From assembly GCF_004010195.1 (NCBI RefSeq), contig NC_057751.1:13777418-13818632 (forward strand): a stretch of 41,215 bases of DNA. The letters are read 5' to 3'. The notes under the pieces were generated by a model that saw only the letters and a program-made list of their open reading frames with translations, was not told the DNA's origin and did not search any database. Both the position numbers and the translations under genes were made by a program. How positions within the stretch are numbered: the stretch's first letter is position 1; every line of letters begins with the position of its first letter. The stretch comes from Chiloscyllium plagiosum (lineage: Eukaryota). Shown piece by piece: positions 25,056 to 37,545 of this stretch.

Positions 25056-25545
25056 TTGAATTGAATGGAATTGAATTGAATTTATTGTCACATGTAGCAA
25101 GGCACAATGAAAAGCTTTGTCTTGCAAACAGATCACAGAGTTAAGTGGCATAGATAGTAAATAATAGATAAGCAGCGGCAAAAACAAAAACACAGGTACA
25201 GGCGGATGTTAAGAGTTTGTGAGTCCATTCAGTATTCTGACAACAGTAGGGTAAAAACTGTTCCGAAACCGGCTGGTGTGTGTGTTCAGGCTTCTGTACC
25301 TTCTCCCCCGATGGTAGAGGTTGTAGAAACTCATTGCCAGGATGGGATGGATCTTTGAGAATGCTGGCGGCCTTTCCTTGACAGCGGGCCTGGTAGGTGA
25401 ATTCCACAGATGGGAGGTTGGCCTTTGTGATTGTCTGAGTTCACCACTCCGTGTAACCATCTCCCATCTTGAATAGTACAGTTGCCATACCGGGTAGTGA
25501 TACATTCAGACCGAATGCTCTCGATAGCGTATCTATAAAAGTCCA
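25056..25545 (-). mobile_element. Rex1/Babar-like LINE 3' fragment inserted in the Gypsy integrase region
   Basis: FYRYAIESIRSECITTRYGNC, ASILKDPSHPG, RFRNSFYPTVVRILN; (gaatt)n tail. Confidence 0.8.
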
Positions 25546-26703
25546 TGGTTTACCTGGCCATTCCCAATAATGTAGGTAGAGGTCTGGCAGCAATGTTTGT
25601 CCTTGTTGGCACTCTGGGCACTGACCTACCATTGCAGCAATGTCTGCATCCAAGTCTGACCACAAGACATAACTTCTGGACAACATCTTTATTTTAGAAA
25701 CCCCTGGATGACCTGATGAAGTTCAGCCAGTATCTGGCGGTGACCTTTGCTCAGAACAATCACTCTTGCTCCCCATAATAACGTACCGTCCTCTACTGTG
25801 AACTGGACTGTCCAGGTTGAAAAAGGTTTCAAATCTGGTGGTGACAGTCCTTTGGACTCCCCCACCACCACCAGCTGTTTCAGTTTTCCCAGGACCGGAT
25901 CTTTCTGCATCAAAAGTCTGATACTGTCAGCTGTGCTGGAAGTGTGTCCAGAAAATTTAAAAGCATTACGGAGTCTTCCAGTGGAGGTAGCACCAGTGGT
26001 GTATCTGCCAGTGGGATGTGGCTCAATGCTTTCACATCAGCTACTTAGCCTCCCAGATGGTGTTCCAACTTGTAATTATCTACAATTAGTATTCGACCCC
26101 ACTGTTGAATACATCCTGAATCTATGGGTGGCACTGACTTGTCCTTTGTAAGTAGACTTAGTTGGGTTTTGTGGTGTGTTACTGTTACACAATTACATCT
26201 GTAAAGGTATTGGTGGAACATCCTGACTCCAAATATGACTGGCAAACCTTCTACCTCTGTGCTTTTACACACTGCATTGGTCAAAGTCTTGGAGGCGTAC
26301 ACTATTGGGCGTTCCTCTCCACTGAGCCACCAATGAGCTAATACCACCCTGATGCCATACAGAGAGGCATTGTGTGTCAATACCAGATCTTGCTTGGGAT
26401 CATAGCGTGCCAACACCTTAGAGGATGATAGCTGTCTCTTCACATCCCTGAAAGCTATGGGTTGGCTCTGCAACCATTTCTAAGGCTGGCCTGGCCCTTT
26501 GAAAAAAAGTTGATGTGTTATCAATGAACTTTTCACAATAATTCACCAGCCCAAGCAAAGACTTAATCTTCGGAACAGACATGGGAGCAGGGGCACCTTT
26601 GATTGGCCTCACTTTATCTTCCAGCGGGTGTAATCCAGCCTTGTCAACTCTGTTGCCTAAGTAAGTCAGTCAGGGTGCCTGGAACACACGTTTTTCCCTT
26701 CTT

Positions 26704-26883
26704 GAATAAAAACCAAAGGAACTGTGGATGCTGTAAATCAGTCACAAAAACAGAAATTGCTGGAAAAGCTCCGCAGCTCTGGCAACACTGGATGAAGGGC
26801 TACTCGACCCTGAACGTTGACTCTGATTTCTCTCCACAAATGCTTCCAGGCCAGTTGAACTTTTCCAGCAATTTCTGTTTTGT
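26704..26883. mobile_element. Short fold-back Penelope-like element in the Gypsy RT
   Basis: Inverted arms aacagaaattgctggaaaag / cttttccagcaatttctgtt; flanking direct repeat cccttctt; degenerate hammerhead-like centre. Confidence 0.65.
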
Positions 26884-27055
26884 TTCCCCTTCTTAAGCAC
26901 CTCAGTTCTCTGAGTGCTCCTTATTGGTCTTCCCCATTAATAGCAGGTTATCAAGATAAATGGCTACCTATGGTGGACGTTATAAAATGTTCTTCATGTC
27001 CACTGAAAAATTGCACAGGTTGACTATGGCAGTGTAATATATGTCTGGGAATTTG

Positions 27056-27360
27056 GGGCGGCATGGTGGCACAGTGATTAGCATGCTGCCTCACAGCGCT
27101 AGGGACCTGGGTTCAATTCCTGCCTCGGGCAACTGTAAGTGTGGAGTTTGCACATTCTGCCCATATCTACGTGGATTTCCTCCCACAATCCAAAGATGTG
27201 CAGGTCAGGTGAATTGGCCATGCTAAATTGCCAAGTCAAGGGTAAATATAGGGAAATGGAATGGGTCTGGGTGGGTTACTCTTCGGAGGGTCGGTGTGGA
27301 CTTGTTGGGCTGAAATGTCTGTTTTAATACTATAGGGAATCTAATCTAATCTAATCTAAT
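27056..27360 (+). mobile_element. HE1-like V-SINE inserted in the Gypsy RT
   Basis: A/B boxes, V-domain, (atcta)n tail; homologous to 12151-12465. Confidence 0.9.
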
Positions 27361-28080
27361 TCGTATCTAAATGTAATTGCAGGTACACATGGCTCATGTT
27401 CAACATATAAAGGACAAACCCCCTCCTGGCGTATAAGTCCGCTATATGAGGAAGTTGCGATTTATCCAGCTGCAAAACGTGGCTTATTGTTTGTATAAAA
27501 TCCCTACAAAGACAAAACGATCCATCAGTGCTGCCCATTCCACAAACTGGATTGGTTTGACGAGTCCTTTGCTTTCCAGTCTTCCAATTTCTGTCTCTAC
27601 CTTTGCCTGTAAGGGAAATGGCACTGTGTGGGCCTTGCAGAATCGTGGAACTGCTTCCTGGTCAACATGCAAGGCGGCCTTGGCTCCTTTGACAGTCCCT
27701 AGACCTTCCTGAAAGACTTATGGGTATTTAATTAGAACTTCAATCAGGCAACCACTTTCCAACTGAAAAATTTGGATCTAACCTGAATGAATCTCTCGCA
27801 ATCAATTTTGCCTCATTAAGTTCGGCCCAAGCCATATACGATAATCGCTGGTAACTGAACCAGCTGCTTCTTATAAGAGAGAGGAATCAAAGTTTAACCT
27901 TTAATCTGTTAAGGTTCCCCGGTATAGGTTCTCAGTCTAGCTGAGGGCCTGTGCGAACTTAAGGGTTGGAGTCCAGAGTAAATTTTGTAAAAGACTGGTT
28001 CCGTGATCGCTGAAATGGTCATGCTGGTATCGGCCTCCATTAAAACTCGGTAAACATTTGACGAAACATTTATTTTGATT

Positions 28081-28476
28081 AGCGAATTTTGAGAATATTT
28101 AGAGCTCAGTGTGAGGCTGAGCTGGAAGGTTCATTTTCAGATGTTTCATCACCATACTAGGTAACATTTTCAGTGAGCCTCTGGACAAAGCACTGGTGGT
28201 GCAACCCACTTTCTCTTTATATGTTTGGGCTTCTTTGGGTTGGTGATGTCATTTCCTGTCGTGACATCATTTCCTATGGTGATGTCATTTCCTGTTCTCT
28301 TTTATATGGTGGTAAATGTGATCCAGGTCAATATGTTTGTTGATAGAGTTCTGGTTGGACCGCCATGCTTCTAGGACTCCTCATGCGTGTCTCTGTTTGG
28401 CTTGTCCTGGGTTGGAAGTGTTATCCCAGTCGAAGTGGTGTCCTGCTTCATCCATACGTAAGGATACTAGTGAGAG
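28081..28476 (-). mobile_element. Penelope-like 3' fragment inserted in the Gypsy
   Basis: HHFDWDNTSNPGQAKQRHA; exact 12-bp TSD tttattttgatt (28069-28080 / 28477-28488); mutated hammerhead motif 28137-28176. Confidence 0.85.
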
Positions 28477-29629
28477 TTTATTTTGATTGGTTCTAATTTG
28501 GATATTGCTGAGCAATGTAACTGTTCCAAACCCAGATGTAGGTGGATTTTCTAGGATGTATACCCTCCTGGATACTGGCCTCTGAGTTCTCTTACTCCAT
28601 TTGAGACGAGTTGGACTCCTTTGCTGTCTCAAGTCTGCAGCAATTACGATGACTTGCTGGCCTGGATCCTGAAGAAAATTTTAATCATGTGGCCAAGGCT
28701 TGGCTTTGATTTGGGGTTTTGCCGTGGGCTGTGCTGAAATCCCTCTGTTCAGGATATGTCCTGAGTGAGGCTGTGCAATTACTCAATGGTATACTTGAAG
28801 ATCAGTTGGACTGGCGATGGTGTCCACTTCCACCAGAATAACATCTGCTCTACTTGCCGCATTTTCCAATGGTAAAGCCAGGTGTAGGGCCTCTTTGAAG
28901 TAAAATGAACGTCAGCTGGTAGGTGCTTTTGCATGATTCGATCATTAATCTTACAGTCTCTCAGCACCTCATTAAGGGTTAAACCAAAGTCACATGCCTC
29001 TGCCAGTGGTCTTAAGCTAGTCGAAAGTCCTGATACGGATTCCCCTGGACCTTGAATCTCCGAGGAAAAATGATAGCATCTCACAATTGGAGGAGGCTTG
29101 GGATTGTAATATCCTTAACTCTGTCAACTCTTGAAAAGGTTTAGTACCCGATGCTTCAGAGAAAGTTAGACTCTTAATAACTTATAAAGCTGCAGGTTCA
29201 CAAGCTATCAGGAGAATTACTCATTGCTTTTTGTCTGCCCCAATGTCAGTTTCTGGGAAAAAAAAACATGTTCTTTCCACACATTGGGCCCCATCTCCAG
29301 TGGCAGGGTTGAACAAGTCAAGCTTCCTAAATAACAGAATGATGCGAGAAACGTTTACCTCAACTCAAAGACGATTGTTGCCAGTGAGTTTCTTCTTGTC
29401 GCTACAGAAATAACTAAACAGAGGCCAATATCTTGTCACTAGGTCTCCCTTTATTTACATGTGGAAATTTCTTGAAATTGATCCAGCTCCCTTAGACCCA
29501 GCCGTCAGAGTGTCAGAATGTTGACACTTTTTTTTCCTATACCTCTTTAATACAGGAAACAAAAAGCAGAGTCCTTCACTCACACTGATCTAGCTCCATC
29601 AAAGGCAGCTCTCAGAATCAACACTCCTG

Positions 29630-29895
29630 TTTTTTTCCTTTTTCTTTTCTTTTTTTTTCTTATTTTACCTCCACACTACCGCCTAACTGCAGTAGTGTTT
29701 ATATTTTCCCCAGCATCCATGTTGTGTGTGTGCAGTGAAAGACACAAGGTGTACATATCTTCATTCAATTTCCACCACCAGGAAGAAGGGAAACACCCAA
29801 GTGGCCAGTGACAAGCAGTGCCCTTCACAAAAGGCAATGCTGTGTGATCAAACAGTGAAGGGGAGGGCAGGGATTAAATCAAAATAGAGTTGAAC
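29630..29895 (-). mobile_element. Poly(A)-tailed retroposon 3' end (L1/Tx1-like) inserted in the Gypsy 5' LTR
   Basis: T-rich tract at ~29630-29665; LTR sequence actcctgttt|tatctgtcagcc is split around it; family assignment is inference. Confidence 0.55.
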
Positions 29896-30898
29896 ATTTT
29901 TCTTTTTATCTGTCAGCCAGGGCTCGCTGATTGGATCCAATCAATAACCCCAATCAGGGAACTTCGATTCTATGCGGTCCATCTGACTGATCCGATTACG
30001 ATCACTTGCAGATAGCCAGGTCAAAGCTGAATTGCCTCATTCTGTGCTGTAACTTGCCATGGTTTCAGACTGCAGCAGTGTTGGAGGAGCTTCTAAAGTC
30101 TGTGCTCATTTTGCATCACAGTGTTATTTTCCCATTTGATGTGAAATTATTCCATTTAAACTCTGCTGTGGATACATGACTGATCTTCAGAAAAATGCTT
30201 TCAGCCCAAGTAAATGACAAACAGCAAGTACACGTTTTGGAACATCAACTGCTGAATACTTGATCTGTAAGTTCAGAAATGTGCATGGGAAGTTTGATGA
30301 TACATGTATAACCGTCTCAGTTCACTCAAGTAAGGAGCCAAGTTTTAGATCTCAATTTTTTTTGTACTAAAATGGCAAATTTTAAGCTGCTTTCCGGAAA
30401 TAAAGGTATATCTCTTTGAGAAAACTATAACGAAGAGGAGAAATTGTGTGAGTCGTGAGTTTCCACAAGTTGCAGAATGATTTAGACTCGCATTAGACTC
30501 GCATAATGCCAGCTTGTGCTTAACTTCCTTGTGGACTTGAAGAAACTGATGATTAAATTTGCTACAGAAAGCAAGAGCTAGTATTTAGCAGCGTAACTAC
30601 CTTTCTAAATAAGGAGACTAATGCTTTTGCAATGCCAATAACTCCCTTTGACACTGAGTGCAAGCAACATGCAGAAGACCCTCATAAATAAGAGCAGGAA
30701 TAGACCATCTGGCCCACCATGCCTGCACTGCTGTTCAAGAAGGTCATGGCTGATCTTTTAAATGATTCTCATCGGTACTGAATTGGTTTTAGAGATTTTT
30801 AAATCTCAATTTTAAAAGGCCTTTTTTTTTCATTCCAGTCTATATTTTCCCCTCTCATTTAAGTCTTCCTTTTCCTCACCTTTATTTCTCTATCTTTT

Positions 30899-31140
30899 AG
30901 TGAGTTTTGAGAAGATTTGTAGCTCAACTTGAGGTTCTAGATGTAGGTTTGCTCACTGAGCTGGAAGGTTCATTTCCAGACGTTTCATCACCCTACTGGG
31001 TAACATCTTCAGTGGGCCTCCAGGCGAAGCACTGCTGCTGATTCCTGCTCTCTATTTATATGTTTGGGTTTCTTTGGGCTGGTGATGTCATTTCCCGTTC
31101 TTTTTCTCATGGGGGTGGTAGATGGGGTCTAACTCGATGT
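30899..31140 (-). mobile_element. Penelope-like 3' terminal fragment
   Basis: Homologous to 28081-28340 and 19840-19960; flanking tctatct on both sides. Confidence 0.8.
30976..31015 (-). ncRNA. Minimal hammerhead ribozyme motif
   Basis: cca-CUGAAGA-u-[guuaccc agua gggugau]-GAAAC-GUC-ugg: intact core, 7-bp stem II with G-U pairs, GUC triplet, stem I cca/ugg. Confidence 0.7.
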
Positions 31141-33449
31141 TCTATCTCTGCCTTTTCGATTCCTGTTCACCTGATTGCCTTCTCCGCCTTTTTTTCTATC
31201 AAAATTCTTTCAAATTAATTGGTCTAAACCTTAGCCATTGGTTCTGTTACTCACCAATGTGCAGTGAATTGTTCCACTAATATTTGGGCTGCTGAATACA
31301 AAAGTTCAACGTCAAGCATTTGTGCATTTGACTTTGATTCTTTTGCTTCCTTTTGTTCAAAGAGTTGTTGCAAGAGGGAATGGTTCCACTATTGACAGGG
31401 TGTTGGGGAGAACCCGGTAGCGGACAAGAACCAATCAGGGCCTGGAACCTGGTTGCCACTATATTATTTGAGTAATTTTGGGCAGGCTCTCACCTGAGGG
31501 AAAGTAGATTGGCATCCTGGTTGGCAAGAGACAACTTGCATCATGAGGTCACACCAAGGACTTGTGGGTGTGTTACATTGCAGAAAGGATAGAACAGAAA
31601 CTCATCTTAAAACGTTTAATAAAATATCCACCCAAAGTTCCATATTACAAGCACACACCTCAATACTCAACAACCACCGAGTTTGCCTGTGTGTCTATGT
31701 TTCGGGACACAAATGAATTTCCAATCAATGTCCACGCCCTGCATCCAGTTAACTGTAATTAATACACAATTAACAGGATCTTTCCTCAGCAGTCTTTGAT
31801 TAGGACAGGGACATGAAAGCGCTGAGCCATTCGTCAGGCCATGGTCAGGAGAGGAAGATGATCAAGACTCCGAGCAGAAGAAGCTTAAAGCTTTTATGTG
31901 TGGCCTGTTCTAGAACAATAAGAAATGCTAACACGCGTTGGTCCTTAGTTGCACCTTCGACCTTGGATCTGTTACTGGGCAGCTGACAGGGGTGTTCTCC
32001 CCCAACCCAGACATTAGGCCTCCAATGCCTTTTTGTGGTATTGTCTGATTTGAGTTGGTTTACCTGATCCTGATAACACAGTGCCCCTCCCACTCACTGG
32101 CATTAATTAACATAAAAATTTAATGAAATTCTATTGTTGGAATGGCATTAATGAAGGGAGGGTAAATGTGCAAAATAAAATAACCGATAAATAATATGTA
32201 TTAAGTTAGTGCTGGGTGTATGACTGGGTTAATTCGTTAGTTATCACGTGTTTCAATGATATAAGACAGTGCAATTTCAACCAATATTACAAAATCAGAA
32301 CTTTATCTCATCTCTACATGCCACAAATATACAATATCCAAAATTTGCCTCAAGCTTTAAATAATGTTCCAACTAACAAGAAAGTAACTTTCCTATTGCT
32401 TTGTTCCCTGTATCAATATCCTGTAATCATTCTTCCACCTAATTCATTGATTATGTAATTATCATTCCTTTACCTCATTGATTGTGCAATTATTTGTCTT
32501 TTTAAAAACACACTGACTTCAAAATAAATTCAACTGCAATACATTCCCATTAATTTAATTCAAAATTATTTATATTAGAAACCCTCTTTCGGTCATCCAT
32601 ACGTGTTCAAATGTAACAACTATTGGGCAGGTTGGAAAGCTCCCCAAGGAGACAAAGCAATACAGATTCTCAATATCTTCAGTGATACCTTGTACACAGA
32701 TTGAAACTGTGCCCATCAACTGTGCCAGTTTATCATACAATTATGTCCCCCATGTAGTTGTGAGTGAAGAGGCTGTATTTCTTGCAACTCTATCATAATG
32801 ATATGAAACATTGTCTGATCGCCATGTGTACGGGAAGATGCTTTCTTTGAAAGGATGAGGAGACATCAATTGGTAATTTTTCAGCTAATGTAGAATTTAT
32901 TATCTCGAGAACTGCACTCAATAAATACATTGTTTCTTTCAATAACAGATTATTTGGTGTTATTAATTGATAATGGCTATGCACCTCGGAATATCATTCA
33001 TTTTTACTGCAGCAGGCAGAAGTGGCATTGTTGCAAGAGGATGATGGTACCACTTAGGACAAACATCGAGGAAGAACCAAATCTCATGTCCAAAGTGTCA
33101 GAATCCAACTTGTTTGAGCATTTACCCTTCTGGGCAAATTGACTTGTCTTCACCAGTCATGTTTTTGCTTGCATTAGCGGTGCTGGAATTCCCCAGCATG
33201 TGTCATAAACAGCCAACTGTGATCTAAATGTCAAATTACCAGATTGGCTCAGCCGAGAAAACTTGCTAAACGTGGTAAATTGCATGCCACCAGTTCAGCG
33301 TAGAATTATTGAGCAAGTTCTGTTTCTCAGAAGCATAACATTGCTCTGACAATGCAAAGCTACTGCAGACATCACAGTTGGGCAGTGCTATTTACGATAT
33401 GACAAATTCTATAACATTGAGACACGACAAAGGTCAATTTGGTTAAATC

Positions 33450-34120
33450 TAGCTTTGAGTTTTGTATGTTGATGGAACTTAAGTTAGTCAGAGTCTAATG
33501 GCTGATCAGTTCTACTGTCTTTAGTTTGCAGCCACCAACTTAAGCTTCCAAATAGTGTCACTGGCTTTATTAAATCTGGAGGCTTCATATCAAAGTGTAT
33601 CTTCCTGAGGCACTTACTGTATGCTTGCTCAGAAATTGTTGCGGAGTCCATGAATTTCAGTCGAAGCAGGGACATTTTTGTCAGTTGTGCCAGGAGAGGG
33701 AGAGAGAAAGAGAAAAGGCCAAACCATGAAGTAACAGGAAGAAGGGGCACTTCTGAGAGAATCAACATTTACCGCAGGAGTGTGCATTGAAAGGAAAGAC
33801 ACACCAATTACTGTCTTTGTTGTGTTAGATAGTTTTAACGATAAGGCTGTTTGCATGTAATCCAAATCTGTTCAATAACTCTTCTGGATGTTTAATTTCT
33901 TGAAATCAATGCACAAATCAACTGTCCAATAACGTAGGACTGAATGAAATAATTTATCCCAGCATTCTTGCATTCATGGTTTGACAGAAATGTCCAGCTT
34001 GTTTTTAATTATCAAGTTTGACCATGTTGTGACACCACTCAGGGACAGGTGATACTTGAACCTTTTGAAGCAGAGGCAGGGACAATAGTACTACACCACG
34101 AGTCACCGAGCACTGTCCGA
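33450..34120 (-). mobile_element. Possible ancient LINE RT fossil
   Basis: Colinear CIDFKK, ELLNRFGLHAN, NYLTQQRQ*LV, WPFLFL resembling FIDFKKAFD / KL..YG.RG / SYLTNRKQ.V / GPLLFL. Confidence 0.4.
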
Positions 34121-35496
34121 TATGGTCATAAAGCAAGTTAGTTAATCTGCAATCTGCACACAGTGTGGGTGCGAAATGCTGATATATTAATGTACAGAAA
34201 ATATTAAGTGTGTTGGTACTGATGGTCCACGAGTGTGAGAATCCTACAGTGTTCAAGGGTAGAAAAACCACAAGGTGACAAAATAGTTCAGAGAGGACAG
34301 GAAGTGTGGTGAGACTGCTAAAAGATATAATGGCTCGTTAAATGCACTGAATTGTATGACAGCAAGTTGCAAGTTGCAAAATGTTTCTTCCCTTGGTTTT
34401 GCGTATATTTTAAAATCTAATACAACAGAAGGCAAATGTTTTGTCTGCATTTTTAAATCCAAACAGAGAGAAATCAGGCTCTGCAGCACTCACAGTTTAG
34501 TTGTTCTTCAAGCTGCATAAACTTGAAAATGGCTGTGCATTTGAAGGAGCACTTTCTGCACATGCATTGTTCCAGTCTTTGACAGTATCTGCATGTAAGC
34601 TGCTTAGATTCAAACGAGCAAGTTCATTTGACAGAGACTAAAAATAACTTTCTGTCCTGGCAATGGATTCGAAACCTGAAGTATAATGAGCATTATTTAA
34701 CTTTTAATACACTTCTTTTTCAGAAAGAGGGCTCCTGCTGACTATAAAGAGACTGCGGGTTTAAATTCAATGGCTCTCTGGCAGGGTCCTGTGTGGTTGT
34801 CACTGGCTGGGCCAGAGTTTATTATTTTCTTTCATGCTGTTTGTCAAAAATCATTGGTTGGAAAACTATCTCTTTAGACCTGATTTCACCTTGAGAATGG
34901 GATTCCAATGGATTTGATCATCTAACCTCATGAAATTGAAGATGTGCAACACTACAGTTCATGTCTTAGAGATTCAAAGAGAGCAGTCCTGTTAAGATTT
35001 CTGAGCAGGTTAGCATGAGGAAGACAGCAATGATCTTATATTAAAATAGTGTCAGATCCTAATCATACCCTTCCTCCTTTAGAAGGTGCTTTGACTTTTG
35101 AAACTTGTTACATTTTTAAAATGACTATCATTAAGAACTGAGAAACAGGTCTTCCTAGTAATTTCAGTTGTTCTCCCACCCTTCAAGGAATTAGATTAAT
35201 ATCATCCCTTTACTCTTCACAACGCACAAGTGAAAATTGAAGTAACTCTAAGAGTAATTTCTCATGAATAAGTGACCTGCATTGTATCACAAAATCAGAG
35301 TCCCAATTCTTATTATTCTGCATGTTTAAATTTGCAAAGTGGCATTTAATTTATGAGAGTTTGTTAAAACACCAAACTATATTCTGGCATTTTAGCTGAT
35401 TGTGAATTATCGAGACTATATATTTTCAGTGTACACAGCTGGATGGGGAGCAAGAGGGCAACAAGGTCCTCAATCCTTGTGGCTATCCATTTCAGA

Positions 35497-35522
35497 CATA
35501 TATATATAGATATATATATATA
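35497..35522. repeat. (TA)n microsatellite
   Basis: catatatatatagatatatatatata. Confidence 0.8.
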
Positions 35523-36149
35523 AAATAGTTGAAATGAAATTCTTATTTAATGAACTTCAATGCACGACTGCACTTTTGTTGGAGTTAATCTTGAAAATAA
35601 CCCCAGTCCAGATGAATATCAATATTTTGCCACATTTGTACTGAAAAAACAGAGCTGCTTTTATGATTACTTTGTGGAACTACAGGTAACTGGTATTGCC
35701 TGAAATGATCTTAGCTGCTCTGTGTTTAGTGTTCCTCAGTGTTAAAGCACTGTTGTTAGATTTCCTCTCCGACAGAAGTGAATTCGCACAAAAAGTGTTG
35801 CACCCTTTTCTATCCTTCAAAACGCACAGGACAACATTAACCCCTCCTCGGTTGTCAAAGTCATCTGAGCAATAATGCAAAAGGAGGATATGATTAACAT
35901 GAATTCTTTGTTGTCATCACTTGTGGGAAAACACATCAAATGCAAACACCTTAGATACTCATGAGACAGGAGAAGCCGTGAATTGTCCTCTGCAACTAAT
36001 GAAGGAGAGAAATTGTAGCAGGCTAATTCTAACACGTCTGTCCAAAAACATGGGATCTAATAGGAGTTGATACTGAAAGAGTTAAAAACCTTATATTTAT
36101 AGTACTTTCTCTTTCTCTTCCTTTCTCATCTACTTTGTTGCACTGTTAA

Positions 36150-37200
36150 GGAGGATCCAAAGTGACAGGTACAGAAATTATTCCCAGTTCCCTTCGAAGC
36201 TCCCTGATTGAAGAAATGGGGTCAGTTTTCCTCTCTCATGGGAAACGAGGTCAAAATATACATTCTTCTCTGGGAGAATGAAAGTATCCCTGTAGCCTTT
36301 CATCCTATACCAGATATGAATCCCAGGAAGCCAGCTGTTCCAGACTGCTCCAGCAATGTCTGAGTTCTTGCAGATTGCTGACAGACTTGAACTCCTCAAA
36401 GTTGCTGACCAAGAACAGCAACCCACAGGCACAAATTTTTCTCCAAAAATTGTGGCGAAAGGAAATGTAATTATGTGCTGCGAGGTGACACCCCTGTTTG
36501 GTGGTACCATTCCAGCCATTTCCTCAGTACAACCTCTGGGTGGAAGGTCTGCTCACCCACAGAGAATAACCAGTAGTAGGGATTAAAAAAGACAATTATC
36601 AGAGGCTGACTTTGGACAAGGAAGTGGGGCAAAGGGCGTGCTGATGCTTTCAGTAGAACTTTCCACATCTACCTGTCCACAGTTACGAAAAGCAGGGTGG
36701 CCTTAAAACTGTGGACATCTTTGAATTCAAAATGCTAAAGAGTGCTGGGGAGGGGCATCTTAAGACAGAGGCAACCTCACTCTCTCTTACCTGCAAATGC
36801 AGACTGGAGCTCCTTCTGTGCTGAAGGATCAGATTCAAGAGTCTGCTCATTGCCCTGAATGAGACAGTGAGCATTCCGCCCAGCCCAGTCACATTCAATT
36901 CAATCAGGGCTGAGAGGTTACTGCAAACACAGAGCAGTGTTAGGAATCCTGTTTGATCACAACATCGACACTTGGATGCATAACAGCATCTTTCAAGCTC
37001 CTATGTTGCAGCAACTGGAGAGTGTATCCAAGGACCACTGGGAAAGACATGAGAATTTTTAAGGTAAGTACTGTTGGCCTGCACTTGAATGACAATTGGT
37101 CTGTAGTACTTCCATGAACCAGTAATATGTTTGATCTTTTTGAAATCCTGGTGTGCAGAGTTTTGTTGAGACAGTTCTTGACCTTCCATTGTCAGACAGC
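36150..37200 (+). mobile_element. Possible ancient LINE RT fossil
   Basis: Colinear LWVEGLLTHRE*PVV (cf. WI.SFLTNR.Q.VV), FGQGS, PVHSY, VLGILFDHNIDTWMH (cf. LGV.FD.KL.W..H). Confidence 0.45.
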
Positions 37201-37545
37201 AGTAATATCAACACTGGTCTTTGGGCAGACATAATTTGTTTGAAAATGTAAAGACTATGGCATAACTTTTCCTGGAAGGGAAAACTGAGCATGCTGCAAA
37301 GTAAGTCACTGAGCACATTTTGTACTGCTGGCAAAGAGCAATTTCACTGCAGTTCCTGGAAGGATAAGAATTGCTGCAAGAACTTGACTTCCAATGGGCC
37401 ACTTTGCACTCAACTTTCATCCTGCTGCTGTTTCTTCTTTTCCTTCAGCCTCAGTTAAATTGCGAGAAGGACCTTCCACATAAAATAACAGGAATTCTAC
37501 ACTTGTACAGTGCAATAGTGTGTCGACATACTATATTCACAGGAT

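Larger units (their letters stand above)
24023..30010 (-). mobile_element. Decayed Ty3/Gypsy LTR retrotransposon with nested insertions
   Basis: LTRs ~29408-30010 (interrupted) and 24023-~24226; degenerate PBS (tagcgacaag) ~29396-29405; gag KLDLFNPATGDGAQCVER; protease MEADTS ~28040; RT PRFCKAHTVPF..IQFVEWAA; RNase H HNASLYGIRVVL; integrase zinc finger RSYVLWSDLDADI..CPECQ; order PR-RT-RH-IN. Confidence 0.9.

Noticed and set aside
31810..32093. Short ORFs on both strands (GHESAEPFVRPW.. on plus; 82 aa on minus)
   Set aside because: No homology recognised and no supporting exon structure
36356..36586. ORF with PLFGG resembling a PIF1/Helitron helicase motif
   Set aside because: No Walker A or GD..QLPPV motif and wrong spacing; the region fits an RT fossil better
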